This document shows positions 1 to 9,704 of a DNA stretch of 64,000 nucleotides, in pieces. Below the pieces are notes generated by a model. The model did not search any database. It saw only the letters and a list, made by a program, of their open reading frames with translations, and had not been told where the DNA came from. The position numbers were made by a program, and so were the translations under genes. Position 1 is the first letter of the stretch, and every line of letters begins with the position of its first letter. The DNA is from Candidatus Poribacteria bacterium (GTDB taxonomy: Bacteria > Poribacteria > WGA-4E > WGA-3G): positions 4,288,001 to 4,352,000 of the forward strand of contig CAXXLX010000001.1 in NCBI GenBank assembly GCA_963665235.2, read 5' to 3'.

Positions 1-2
1 AT

Positions 3-1199
3 TACGTTGGAGGTAATAGATGGGGCTTAGGGTGGCCGCACCATTCAAATAGATATGGTGGAGGTGCAGTTGTAGCTGGTAGCAGTCCCCATTTTAATAA
101 AGAGCTTGTATTTCATGAATTAGGACACTGCTTTGCTTTGTATCATAAAGAACATAGCGATCATTTATTAGATCATTATGAAGCTAGATGGTTAAGTAAA
201 CATTACCATTTTAATAATAATGCCAATAATTTCACATATCCTGAACCTGTACATAAAAATCCTACGCTCACTGCTATAGGTAATAACATTATTCGATTTG
301 AACTGCCAGTTATGAGTAATATAGGTTTACATCAAGCAATGATTTTTAATACAGAAAATATAATGGTATTAGGTTACGATTATTTGAACGGAAAAGCACA
401 AGATGTAGTTTCTTTTGATGTAGCAAGACATAAATGGGGTCATACTGCTACTCTTCAGATTATGGATACTCGAGGTAACCATCACATGGCGATAGGTATT
501 ACAATTAATTTACCTGAAGAAAAAGAAGTTAATAAAAACCCAGATTTACCTACTACCCCTAATACTATAAAAGAAGATACCAAAGATAATGTAGTATATC
601 TTACTTTGATTAAAGGCGGAAAAGATGCTCCGAATGAACACGGAATTATACCGATTAATCCTGTAGCTGAATATAAGAATGGTTGGGGATCAGATAACAT
701 TACAGATAATCAAACTAATAATGGCAATCCTATAATTATTCGGAATACAACTTTCGAAAGAGGTATCTCGTTATCTCCCCCAGGAGCTCATAATAATTCT
801 ATATTGCAATACGACATTAGTGAAAATCGTTATGTTGACTTTCGAGGATACATCGGCATCACCAACGATCGAACCACTGAAATAGATAATCATCACAATC
901 AAAGCTGCAATGTAGGCGGTAGTTCAATCTTTACTTTTAAGATAGATAATAAAGAAGTATACAAATCTGAATTGCTAACTGGTAGAGACGCTGCTATACT
1001 AGTTGAATTTGACATTCCAGCTAAATCTAATGTTTTAGAAATTATTATTAATAGCGGCCCTGATGGTGAATGGTGCGATCATCCTGCAATTGGCGATGCT
1101 AAATTGATATCAGATAAAACTATTGTAGACAGTGAACAAATATTCGTAAATCATAGAGATAAATTGGTTACAATATGGGCTAAAATTAAAAAGCAATAA
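3..1199 (+). CDS. 5'-partial zinc metallopeptidase-motif protein with C-terminal NPCBM/NEW2-like carbohydrate-binding domain
   Basis: Frame is open from the window edge (YVGGNRWGLGW...HELGHCFALYH, a metzincin-like HExxHxxxxxH). C-terminal half has an NPCBM-like pattern (FERGIS..., FRGYIGI, CDHPAIGDAKL) and ends VNHRDKLVTIWAKIKKQ. Markedly AT-rich. Confidence 0.7.
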   Translation, partial: YVGGNRWGLGWPHHSNRYGGGAVVAGSSPHFNKELVFHELGHCFALYHKEHSDHLLDHYEARWLSKHYHFNNNANNFTYPEPVHKNPTLTAIGNNIIRFELPVMSNIGLHQAMIFNTENIMVLGYDYLNGKAQDVVSFDVARHKWGHTATLQIMDTRGNHHMAIGITINLPEEKEVNKNPDLPTTPNTIKEDTKDNVVYLTLIKGGKDAPNEHGIIPINPVAEYKNGWGSDNITDNQTNNGNPIIIRNTTFERGISLSPPGAHNNSILQYDISENRYVDFRGYIGITNDRTTEIDNHHNQSCNVGGSSIFTFKIDNKEVYKSELLTGRDAAILVEFDIPAKSNVLEIIINSGPDGEWCDHPAIGDAKLISDKTIVDSEQIFVNHRDKLVTIWAKIKKQ

Positions 1200-1419
1200 A
1201 AAATCGGTTCTATGGGTTTACATCTGCGCTTAAAGTGCCCTTGTGCTTTCCCATTTGAAGGGAATGGCAAATAGCGAATCGGAATCAATGGCAAGTAGGA
1301 GCGTGTTGAAAAAATTCACGATACCTTTGCATCTGATTGCATCTGATGATAAAGCCGGTAAATTGTCACAACAACCCCTCTTGCCAACAGCCAATCGCCA
1401 ATCGCTAATTGCCAAAGAG

Positions 1420-1620
1420 ATTGTTACGCATCTTAAATTCCGCGTTCTCTGCGTCCCCCGCGATAATCCGCGATTTGCGGCGTACTCGCCCAAATGCGAC
1501 GTGCATTCAGACAACACATGCCAAATCCATCCTTCCCCTCTTCCATTCTTCCATTCTTCCATCCTTCCACCCTTCCCCTCTTCCACCCTTCCACCCTTCC
1601 ACCTATCCCTGTGACAAAAA
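1420..1620 (-). repeat. Composite intergenic repeat (GGAAG-rich tract + TGTCTGAAT...CGCGGA module)
   Basis: Same modules recur at about 5470, 16360, 29060, 49390, 53575, 55670 and 56290. Confidence 0.75.
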
Positions 1621-1736
1621 CTTCACATCCCCGCAGTTTTCCGCGTAGACCTATTGCACAATCTACAAATTTCTGCTATAATGCAGCTAAAGAGAAATTG
1701 CAGTAAAAAAAGCTACACCCATCAGGAGAGAAAGAG

Positions 1737-2897
1737 ATGCCAGAAAAAACAGTGAAGACACAGCGCGGACTGCCAATTTGTACCCTCGGTGCCACTGGAC
1801 ACGGTAAAACAACCTTGACCGCCGCGATAGCGAAAGTCGTTGCAAGAATCGGAGCTATTCACACAACCGGCACTAACGATTTTGAGGCACAACCCCCAAC
1901 CCATCATCCCATCCGAGAAGGCGTAGGGTTCACCTCCCGCGAAATCGCCTATGAAACCAGCGGTAAATTTTATACGCTGCTAGACTGTGAAACACATCTG
2001 GATATCGTCAAAATGCTTGTCAGCGGGGGGGCTGCAATTCAGGGAGCAATTTGGGTAGTCAATGCTGTTGAGGGCGTTACACCGGAGGCAGAAGCACATC
2101 TTCGTCTTGCAAGCAACCTACACCTCTCCACAGTGATTCCCTTTCTTAATACCGGAAATATCGCAGAAGATGACGAACTGTTGGAGATTTGTCAGATGGA
2201 GATGCAGGAGCTGCTCAACCAACATGAAATGGCAGGAGAAACTGTCCCGATGATTGCTGGCGATGCACAGAAGGCACTAAAGTATAAAGGCAATAAAATC
2301 GCCGCTGCGCAATGGAAACCGATTGTTGACCTTATCTCCGCAATGAACCGGTGTATGCCAGAACCGCTGAAATCGGCACGGTTGCCGCTCATCATGCCCG
2401 TTTATGAAATCGTTGAGGAGACAAAAGTACGTGTAACGGTGCGTGGCGAAATTGTGCAGGGACAACTTGCCATCGGACAGGCGGTCGATGTTGTCGGTAA
2501 AGGCGAGCGGATTAAAACACGATGCCTCGGCATAAAAGAGAACGAAGTCTCTGTAGAGGCTGAACCCGATTGGATTTCTGTGGGACAAGTGCTTTGCACC
2601 CCCAAAACTATCAAGGCACATTCTACCTTCACAGCGATTATCTATCTACTGACGCACGAAGAGAGCGGAACGCATATCCCACTCATTGAAAACGATAAAC
2701 TACAAATCTATTTGTGGGGGGTAGAAATAACGGCTCAAATCAAACTTCCGCCTGAACTAGCGATTGTGACACCGGGGACTTATGCCCCCGCCACCGTTAC
2801 GCTTGAGCTGCCGCTTGCGATGGATACCGGCACCCGGTTTGAGGTTAAAAAGATGGGCACCTCTATCGGTCTTGGCGTTGTGACTGACTTAGTATGA
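1737..2897 (+). CDS. Divergent elongation factor Tu-like protein (degenerate G-motifs)
   Basis: GATGHGKTTLTAAI P-loop, YTLLDCETH, EF-Tu-like domain II/III (HSTFTAIIYLLTHEESGTH, GLGVVT); 386 aa; RBS aggaga upstream. Confidence 0.8.
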   Translation: MPEKTVKTQRGLPICTLGATGHGKTTLTAAIAKVVARIGAIHTTGTNDFEAQPPTHHPIREGVGFTSREIAYETSGKFYTLLDCETHLDIVKMLVSGGAAIQGAIWVVNAVEGVTPEAEAHLRLASNLHLSTVIPFLNTGNIAEDDELLEICQMEMQELLNQHEMAGETVPMIAGDAQKALKYKGNKIAAAQWKPIVDLISAMNRCMPEPLKSARLPLIMPVYEIVEETKVRVTVRGEIVQGQLAIGQAVDVVGKGERIKTRCLGIKENEVSVEAEPDWISVGQVLCTPKTIKAHSTFTAIIYLLTHEESGTHIPLIENDKLQIYLWGVEITAQIKLPPELAIVTPGTYAPATVTLELPLAMDTGTRFEVKKMGTSIGLGVVTDLV

Positions 2898-2911
2898 GGC
2901 CCGTAAAACTG

Positions 2912-3532
2912 CTATGTTTGTGGGAGTTTATCCATTGTTTCTATGAAGGTATAAATTCTTTTCACTTCGACTGGGGAAGTGAGAAACCATTCAGTACCTT
3001 TCGCTTCCTCTACATGTCTGCCGCGTGCAGTCAAGACTCCGTGTATTGCCTTCTCCAGCACTTGTGGAATATCTGTTTTAATAATAAGCGCAACTATAGG
3101 ATCTTCGGGAATCCCCGTACTCGGGCGGGTTTGCTGTTCTACTCTTTCGCGAGGATCTTGGTCAGTCCAACCAATTTTGCATTTCCAAAAAGGTTTACCT
3201 TGAGCTTTTGCCTCCTTGCGAAAAGTGGGAAAATAATAAAGGTAAACCGAACTCGCTCCGGAGCCGAGTTCATGAAGCGGATAAATTCGCCAATAACCTA
3301 CGGTAAGATGTTCGGCACTTCCTTCCTTGGACAAACCCCCTAATGCTACAGCGACAACTTTAGCTGGTTTAGCCTCTGCTGGTAACCCTCCACGGTTCTC
3401 GTGGTGTTTAACTACCGCTTCAACAATATCTGTTTTGTTAGCAGCTGGCTGCCCCGAATATACCTCAATGATAATTTCCATAGCAACGCCCCGTGTAAGA
3501 GGGACTCCCTCATACTTATAGCGACTATTCAT
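2912..3532 (-). CDS. GIY-YIG / T5orf172-like domain protein
   Basis: VYLY...CKIGWTDQDPRERV...LEKAIHGVL...GTEWF pattern. Confidence 0.7.
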   Translation of the reverse strand: MNSRYKYEGVPLTRGVAMEIIIEVYSGQPAANKTDIVEAVVKHHENRGGLPAEAKPAKVVAVALGGLSKEGSAEHLTVGYWRIYPLHELGSGASSVYLYYFPTFRKEAKAQGKPFWKCKIGWTDQDPRERVEQQTRPSTGIPEDPIVALIIKTDIPQVLEKAIHGVLTARGRHVEEAKGTEWFLTSPVEVKRIYTFIETMDKLPQT

Positions 3533-3595
3533 TTGAGTCGTTCCTCCAATAAAAATTTTAGAACCTATTCAATATACACAGCGAAAGTAATACTT

Positions 3596-4297
3596 TTACC
3601 CAGCAATTGCGTCGCGTAGGGTTAGGGCACCGGTATACAGAGCCCGTCCAATAATCGCACCGCTGGCACCGATATCCTTCAACGCTTCAATATCGGAAAG
3701 CGAGGTAACCCCACCCGAACCGATAACGTCCGCGGACACAGCATTGATTATATCCGCGGTTGCCTCAACATTAGGGCCTTTAAGCATACCATCGCTCTTG
3801 ATGTCCGTATAGATAATCGTTTCAACCCCCTCCATCTCCCGTGCGAACGTTACTGCGGACTTTTGTGAAACCGTTAACCACCCATCTGTCGCGACCATAC
3901 CATCTTTTGCGTCGATGCCGACAGCGATACGCGCGCCATATTTTGCACACGCCGCTTTAACCAAACTCGGCTGTCTAAGTGCCGCTGTACCGAGAATTGC
4001 CCGGTTCACGCCTAATTCCAAAACCGCCTCGACCTGTGCCATGCTGCGAATACCGCCCCCCAGCTGGACAGGGATTTCAATTGCATTGACAATCTCGCGG
4101 ACAATATGTAGATTTGCCGATGCTCGCTGGAATGCCCCATCCAAATCCACAAGGTGCAGGTATTCCGCACCCTCCGCCTGCCACCGTTTTGCCATGTCCA
4201 CAGGCGAATCCGAGAAAACAGTCTCCTGCTCAGCGATTCCCTGAATGAGGTTTACACATTTCCCACCGCGAAGATCTATTGCTGGTAATATTTGCAC
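3596..4297 (-). CDS. hisA: ProFAR isomerase (histidine biosynthesis)
   Basis: ILPAIDLRGGKCV, LHLVDLDGA, QLGGGIRS, YTDIKSDGML, GRALY motifs. Confidence 0.95.
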   Translation of the reverse strand: MQILPAIDLRGGKCVNLIQGIAEQETVFSDSPVDMAKRWQAEGAEYLHLVDLDGAFQRASANLHIVREIVNAIEIPVQLGGGIRSMAQVEAVLELGVNRAILGTAALRQPSLVKAACAKYGARIAVGIDAKDGMVATDGWLTVSQKSAVTFAREMEGVETIIYTDIKSDGMLKGPNVEATADIINAVSADVIGSGGVTSLSDIEALKDIGASGAIIGRALYTGALTLRDAIAG

Positions 4298-4343
4298 AAG
4301 TTTTCCTTTCTGCAGTTAGCAGCACAACAACGTGTGCCTACGC

Positions 4344-5243
4344 CTATTCCTCTCGAAAAATGCCGAGTAATCGCAATTGCACAATTGAGATGATAGCAAT
4401 AATGATAAAAAGCACCCAACCGATTGTCGCCGCATAGCCGAGGCGCATGAACTGAAATCCGTTTTTGTAGAGATACATCACGATAGTTGACCCTGCATCA
4501 GCAGGTTCACCACCGTTTGTCAAAATATAGGGCAGGTCAAAGAGTTGAAACGACCCAATCATTGAGACAACGAGGACGAAGGCAATCACAGGCCGCAACG
4601 AAGGCAGTGTGACATGACAGAACGCCTGCCACCAATTTGCACCATCAACCGCTGCTGCTTCGTATAACTCCTGTCGGATACCCTGTAACCCCGCCAGAAA
4701 ATAGATCATGTTGAACCCTGCCCACTGCCAAACACCTGTTAGGATAACCGCGGGCATGACATACTTTTCCTCCTTTAGCCAGCCGAGCTCGTTTCCAAAC
4801 AGAACAAATTCGTTGTTGATTAAACCAGCACGCTGATCGTATACGAGGTTAAAGATAATCGCCACAAACACCCCTGCAACTAATACCGGCGCAAAAAAGG
4901 CGAGCCGCAGGAAGTTTTTCCCTTTGACAAATTTTGAGTTGAGCAGAATTGCTAATAACAGGGCTATCGGCAACTGAACCGTTAGCGTACCGAGCGCAAA
5001 ATAGGTGGTATTCCAGAGCGACTTCCAAAATATTCGGTCCCCAAAAAGCTCGGTGAAATTTCCGATATCGACAAAGATTCGGCTCTGAAACCCCCGCATT
5101 TCATACAGACTCATAATAAGAGACGAAATAAGGGGGTACCCCATAAAGACCACAAAAAGCAGGTAAAACGGGGCAATAAAAAGATAGGGGGCTATCTTCT
5201 GCTGGTGGTGCCAAAAGCGATATGTAGTTCGTTTCGTCTTCAT
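4344..5243 (-). CDS. Carbohydrate ABC transporter permease
   Basis: Hydrophobic helices; EAA loop YEAAAVDGA...F.HVTLP. Start moved to the ATG at 5243. Confidence 0.9.
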   Translation of the reverse strand: MKTKRTTYRFWHHQQKIAPYLFIAPFYLLFVVFMGYPLISSLIMSLYEMRGFQSRIFVDIGNFTELFGDRIFWKSLWNTTYFALGTLTVQLPIALLLAILLNSKFVKGKNFLRLAFFAPVLVAGVFVAIIFNLVYDQRAGLINNEFVLFGNELGWLKEEKYVMPAVILTGVWQWAGFNMIYFLAGLQGIRQELYEAAAVDGANWWQAFCHVTLPSLRPVIAFVLVVSMIGSFQLFDLPYILTNGGEPADAGSTIVMYLYKNGFQFMRLGYAATIGWVLFIIIAIISIVQLRLLGIFREE

Positions 5244-5308
5244 CACTACAGGACCTATAGTTTGGACAATTTCCGTGAGCCTGATGCCCGATGGACAAAG
5301 CATTTCTC

Positions 5309-5450
5309 ATTTTTCTCTAAGTTGCTCACACAAGGACAGATAGGAGAAAAATAGGATAGGATGTGCGAAAACGCAGCCCCAGCGGGGCGGAATGTTTATA
5401 GAAAACGCAAACACACCACAAACTAGCCCCATCGGGGCGGAATGTTTATG
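5309..5450. repeat. ~140 bp repeat containing GCCCC.CGGGGCGGAATGTTTAT hairpin units
   Basis: Near-identical inverted copy at about 56109-56250; related units at 42313-42440. Confidence 0.8.
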
Positions 5451-5595
5451 GATTTTAGCCAAACCCCTTCCGTGTTCTCCGCGTCCTCCGCGCCCTCCGT
5501 GATTCAGACAACACACGCGAAATCTTTCCACCCTTCCACCCTTCCATCTATCCTTTTGACAAGAACGTTACGCCCCTCAAACTGTCCAAAGTCTA

Positions 5596-7560
5596 CTATA
5601 ATTTTAACTCAAGTTCTTCTAACGTCTTCGCTTTCTCAAAGTCGGCATGAGCCGCCTCTGTTTGCCCGAGGGCTTCTTTCGCTTGTCCGCGATTAAGATA
5701 GGTAATCGACTGATGTGGGTTTATCCGAATCGCCTTATTATAGTCGTCAATCGCACCGGTGTAATCACCAAGGACAGCCCTTATAACCCCTCGCGTGTGA
5801 TAGCTGGTATTATGTGGATTTAGCCGTACTGCTTCGTTGCTATCGGATAACGCCTCTTTATAGAGCCGCTGCGCTTCTGCTTCATTTCCCTGCTCGGCTT
5901 TAAATTGCCCGATGAGGTATTTCGTCCATCCCAGGTTGTTATATGAGAGGGCATGATTCGGATTCAGTTGAAGTGCCTTCATATAGTCGTCAATTGCTGC
6001 GTGATAATGCCGCTGTGCTTCTGCTTTATGTCCGTGCTCCGCTTCGAGTTCTCCGGTGCGGTACTTCACCCAGCCGCGGTCGCTCCATGTAACGGCATCC
6101 CGGGGGGTTAGTTTTAGCGTTCGTGTATAGTCGCCAATTGCAGTGCGGTAATGCTGCTGTGCTGCTTCAACATCCCCCTGCTTCGCTGCCAATTCACCAA
6201 GGAGATATGTTGAAGCGGCCCGATTGTGGTAGGCAACAGGCCCTCTCGGATTTAGTTGGATAGCTCTATTGCAGTCTTTGATTGCCTCTTCATAGTCGCC
6301 AAACAGCCGTTTTGCCTGTCCGAGGCTCGTATAGGCTAAGTCATCTTTTGGGTTCAATTCTAGGACCTTGTGAAAGTCTGCAACTGCCCCTGCGTAGTCG
6401 TTTAATTGGAGTTTCAGATTTCCACGGCATAAATAGGCTCCCGGTGAATTTGGATTTAATTTTAAGCCTGCCTCATAATCAGCGAATGCTGCTCTGTATT
6501 GGCCTAAGAGAGATTTTGCGATTCCTCTGCAAACATAAGTTCGAACATCCGGAGCAAGTTCGAGGGCAGCATCACAGTCATTGATTACCTCTCTATATCG
6601 CATTTGGGACATATTCGTGAGGGCGCGTTCGTTATAGGCTCTTATAAAATCGGGTTTAAGTCTGAGAGCCGCGTCACAGTCCGCAATAGCCGCTTGCATC
6701 TGGTTCAGGAACGTCCTTCTTAGACCTGCTCGGTCAAGGTATATTTCCGCTAAATCGGGATTAAGTTTGAGTGCAGCATCGAAGCATGCGATTGCTTCTC
6801 TGTTTCTACGTTGTACCCTTTTCACCCGTCCTTTTACAGCTTCGGCATACCCCTGTATGCGTGGCTGTTTTTGCCATTCTGTTAACGGTTTGACCTCTGC
6901 CACGTTCGCGAGCAGGCAAATCAAGAAGTTTGAAGAGATTGCACGGCTGTGAGATGCTGTCGGGTCTGCAATGTCTGCCGGGATTGCGTGGCCAGGCAAT
7001 GTCTGTGCTTCACCGCTAAAAAGGCCTTTCCTAAGGGTACCCCCCGCGGGAATACCGATAACTTCACCTTTGCCGTTTAGGAGAGGACTGCCACTCTGTC
7101 CGGGGTCAAATGTCTCTTTAACTAGCAAACATTTGTCACTTTTCCGAATACTGTGAATAGTGGCCTGTTTGCCTTCCCCTGCTTCTCCGCGAGGGTATCC
7201 TACAGCATAAACGGTATCGTCAACCTGAACGGTATCGCTATCGATAATGGGAAGTGGTACACCTTCTCCGGTAACTTTTAAAAGCACAAGGTCGTTTTTG
7301 TCGTCAAACGCTACGACACCCTCAATTAAAAATTGGGTTTCGGTGCGTGGGAATTCAGCAAAAATGGAGGGTGGTGCCCCCGCAACACAATGAATAGTAG
7401 TTGCAATCAGGTTTGGCTCGACAAAAAAACCGCTTCCATGTAGTTTGTTAATAAGTTTACGGGATTTGCCGGCGGTATATTTCGATGACAAACGGACAAC
7501 AGAATTTTTTAGGGATTCTTCTGTAATTTGCTGTAGTATTTCATCTCTTTTGTCTGTCAT
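5596..7560 (-). CDS. Trypsin-like serine protease domain fused to TPR array
   Basis: GSGFF, TTIHCV, NDLVLL, PGQSGSP triad motifs; about 10 TPR repeats (A..DY..A..LNP). Confidence 0.85.
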   Translation of the reverse strand: MTDKRDEILQQITEESLKNSVVRLSSKYTAGKSRKLINKLHGSGFFVEPNLIATTIHCVAGAPPSIFAEFPRTETQFLIEGVVAFDDKNDLVLLKVTGEGVPLPIIDSDTVQVDDTVYAVGYPRGEAGEGKQATIHSIRKSDKCLLVKETFDPGQSGSPLLNGKGEVIGIPAGGTLRKGLFSGEAQTLPGHAIPADIADPTASHSRAISSNFLICLLANVAEVKPLTEWQKQPRIQGYAEAVKGRVKRVQRRNREAIACFDAALKLNPDLAEIYLDRAGLRRTFLNQMQAAIADCDAALRLKPDFIRAYNERALTNMSQMRYREVINDCDAALELAPDVRTYVCRGIAKSLLGQYRAAFADYEAGLKLNPNSPGAYLCRGNLKLQLNDYAGAVADFHKVLELNPKDDLAYTSLGQAKRLFGDYEEAIKDCNRAIQLNPRGPVAYHNRAASTYLLGELAAKQGDVEAAQQHYRTAIGDYTRTLKLTPRDAVTWSDRGWVKYRTGELEAEHGHKAEAQRHYHAAIDDYMKALQLNPNHALSYNNLGWTKYLIGQFKAEQGNEAEAQRLYKEALSDSNEAVRLNPHNTSYHTRGVIRAVLGDYTGAIDDYNKAIRINPHQSITYLNRGQAKEALGQTEAAHADFEKAKTLEELELKL

Positions 7561-7684
7561 AATAGAATTCCTTTTATTGGTTGAAGCACGTTTGCTTTAT
7601 TTAGTATATATGGCATTTTCAAAAATGTCAACTAAAAAACAGGGATAAATCGGCAATTTTAGTCCATAAATTCATACTTATTCG

Positions 7685-9040
7685 CTACAATTTTTGCCAA
7701 CGTTCCTTATCTTTCGCAATAAGCGCACGTACCTTTTTGGCAAGTGCTGTCAAAGCCTCTCTCGGTGTCTGCTTTTCCGTAACAGCGGCGAAGATAGCAT
7801 CGTTCAAGAGGTCCGCTGCTTCGGACCAGTAAGGGTTCTGATAACGCGGCGGTAAATCGGGAGCCAACTGGATAAACAATTCACCAAGCGGTTGTCCACC
7901 TAAGTAGGCATCAGGCTCTTTAAAGATAGGGGCGTTCCATGCTGCTTTAAGCGGTGGAATAATCCGTGTCGTCTCATATCGGTTTATCAAACCTGCCCTA
8001 TCAAAATAGGTGAATTTCAGGAGCTCCCATGCAAGGTCCAGGTTTTTGCACTGTTTCGTTATCCCAATCATCGTGCCGCCGCGCGTTGTAGTACGTCTCT
8101 CCCCGGGAGCCCACGCTGGCATCCCGATAGCTTTCCATTTACCCGCCATCTGCGGCACTTGACTTTTGAGAATGCCGACGTACCAATCCGGTGCAAGGAC
8201 AGAGAGGATTTTGCCATCTTGCATCGCTGCGAAGGTGCTCGGAGCGCCGTGCCATGCACCGTAAACCGGCGTAGCAATCTTATGTTCATTGAACAGCGAG
8301 GTGAGAAATTCCAATGTCTCAATCGCAATGTCGTTGTCAATAATAACGTTGCCTTTTTCGTCAAAGAAACCCCCGCCTCTTTGGAGGAGTAGGTTAAAAT
8401 AATCGCTTTCAGTTTGGCGGTCTAACACAATTGCATATTGGTCAATATCGCCATCACCATTCAGGTCTCGTGTGGCTTTTTTCCCTGCAGCGATGAAGTC
8501 ATCCCATGTCTCAATATCGGTCATCTCAACACCGGCTGCTTTAAAGAGGTCATCGCGGTAGAGAAGGACGACAGGGTGCAAGTCATGCGGTATGCCGAAA
8601 ATACGGCCGCGGTAGGACCACGGTGTGAACCGACTAGCGACTAACTTTTCCATCCACCCTTCGCTTTCCAAACGGGGTCGGAGGTCAATAAACCCGACTT
8701 CGTCAATTGCCCCCTTAAGAAATCGGCCGATAGCGTTAATTTCAACTTCGACCACATCGGGTGCACCGAAATCGGACAGCATAGCGGTGAGCAGTTTATC
8801 GTGCATTGTGCCGCCTAAATTAATAAGTTGCACGTTCACGCCCGGATGTTGTGCCTCAAAAATCGGGACACGCGCCTGGTATTCTTCATAATGTGTATTG
8901 GCAAAAATCCAAAACTCTAAGTTCTCACCGCTTTCTTTGGAGGGTGCTAAAATGAAAACGGCAGAAATAAGAAAGAGAATTAGCATGACCATCGGCCCTT
9001 TGCCGAGTGGAAAATTGTCAACGTCAAATTGGAACGACAT
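7685..9040 (-). CDS. Sugar ABC transporter substrate-binding protein
   Basis: SBP_bac_1-like motifs (APDVV, FGIP...LLYRDDLF, TWDDF, GG..IGI..., AWELLKF). Confidence 0.85.
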   Translation of the reverse strand: MSFQFDVDNFPLGKGPMVMLILFLISAVFILAPSKESGENLEFWIFANTHYEEYQARVPIFEAQHPGVNVQLINLGGTMHDKLLTAMLSDFGAPDVVEVEINAIGRFLKGAIDEVGFIDLRPRLESEGWMEKLVASRFTPWSYRGRIFGIPHDLHPVVLLYRDDLFKAAGVEMTDIETWDDFIAAGKKATRDLNGDGDIDQYAIVLDRQTESDYFNLLLQRGGGFFDEKGNVIIDNDIAIETLEFLTSLFNEHKIATPVYGAWHGAPSTFAAMQDGKILSVLAPDWYVGILKSQVPQMAGKWKAIGMPAWAPGERRTTTRGGTMIGITKQCKNLDLAWELLKFTYFDRAGLINRYETTRIIPPLKAAWNAPIFKEPDAYLGGQPLGELFIQLAPDLPPRYQNPYWSEAADLLNDAIFAAVTEKQTPREALTALAKKVRALIAKDKERWQKL

Positions 9041-9377
9041 AGCAAACCTCACGTGAAAATGTCCTTATTTAAGTATATCATACATTACAGAAGGCGGCAA
9101 AGGGTGTGTAAATATTTTGTACTTATGTGTGAATTTAGCGTGTCCTTCTCCACCGTTTGTAAAATGACGAGGCAATCTTTGGGGTTGGAGCTTAGGTGGG
9201 GCCTACAATGCGGGCATACAACCAAAAAACATACTCGTCATTCTGGCTTTCCACGCCTCTAGGCCTCTATCCTTTAGTCCTCCGAAAACTTTACACTTGA
9301 CATTTGAACGGTTACCTATTAAAATTTATCATACATACTTTTTTATCAACTACGAGAAATGAAGGAGAAAATGCTAT

Positions 9378-9692
9378 ATGCCAACGTATGACTATAAATG
9401 TCTTGAATGTGATATTCAATTTGAGCAGTTTCAAGGTATAACAGCGCCGGTACTTGAGGAATGCCCCGAGTGTAGTGGCAAAGTGAAACGGCTCATCGGG
9501 GCTGGTGCAGGACTTATTTTTAAAGGCTCCGGTTTCTATACCACCGACTACCGGAGCGAAGGTTACAAGGAATCCGCAAAGAAGGATAAAAGCTCTTCAT
9601 CGGACAAAAGCAAAACGGATAAAGATAAAAAAGAGACGAAACAGACCGACACGAGTAGCGAACCGACGAAAAGTAAAGCTACGGACGACTAA
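9378..9692 (+). CDS. FmdB-family zinc-ribbon protein
   Basis: MPTYDYKC..C...CP.C...FKGSGFY.TDY with low-complexity K/S/D tail. Confidence 0.9.
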   Translation: MPTYDYKCLECDIQFEQFQGITAPVLEECPECSGKVKRLIGAGAGLIFKGSGFYTTDYRSEGYKESAKKDKSSSSDKSKTDKDKKETKQTDTSSEPTKSKATDD

Positions 9693-9704
9693 AACGGAGT
9701 TGTA

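Noticed and set aside
1230-1706. Short ORFs rich in PS/HP or GR/EE here and at 55616-56640
   Set aside because: Translations of the GGAAG-rich composite repeat.
1737-2897. Calling this gene tuf or selB
   Set aside because: G-motifs are too degenerate for tuf and there is no SelB C-terminal extension.
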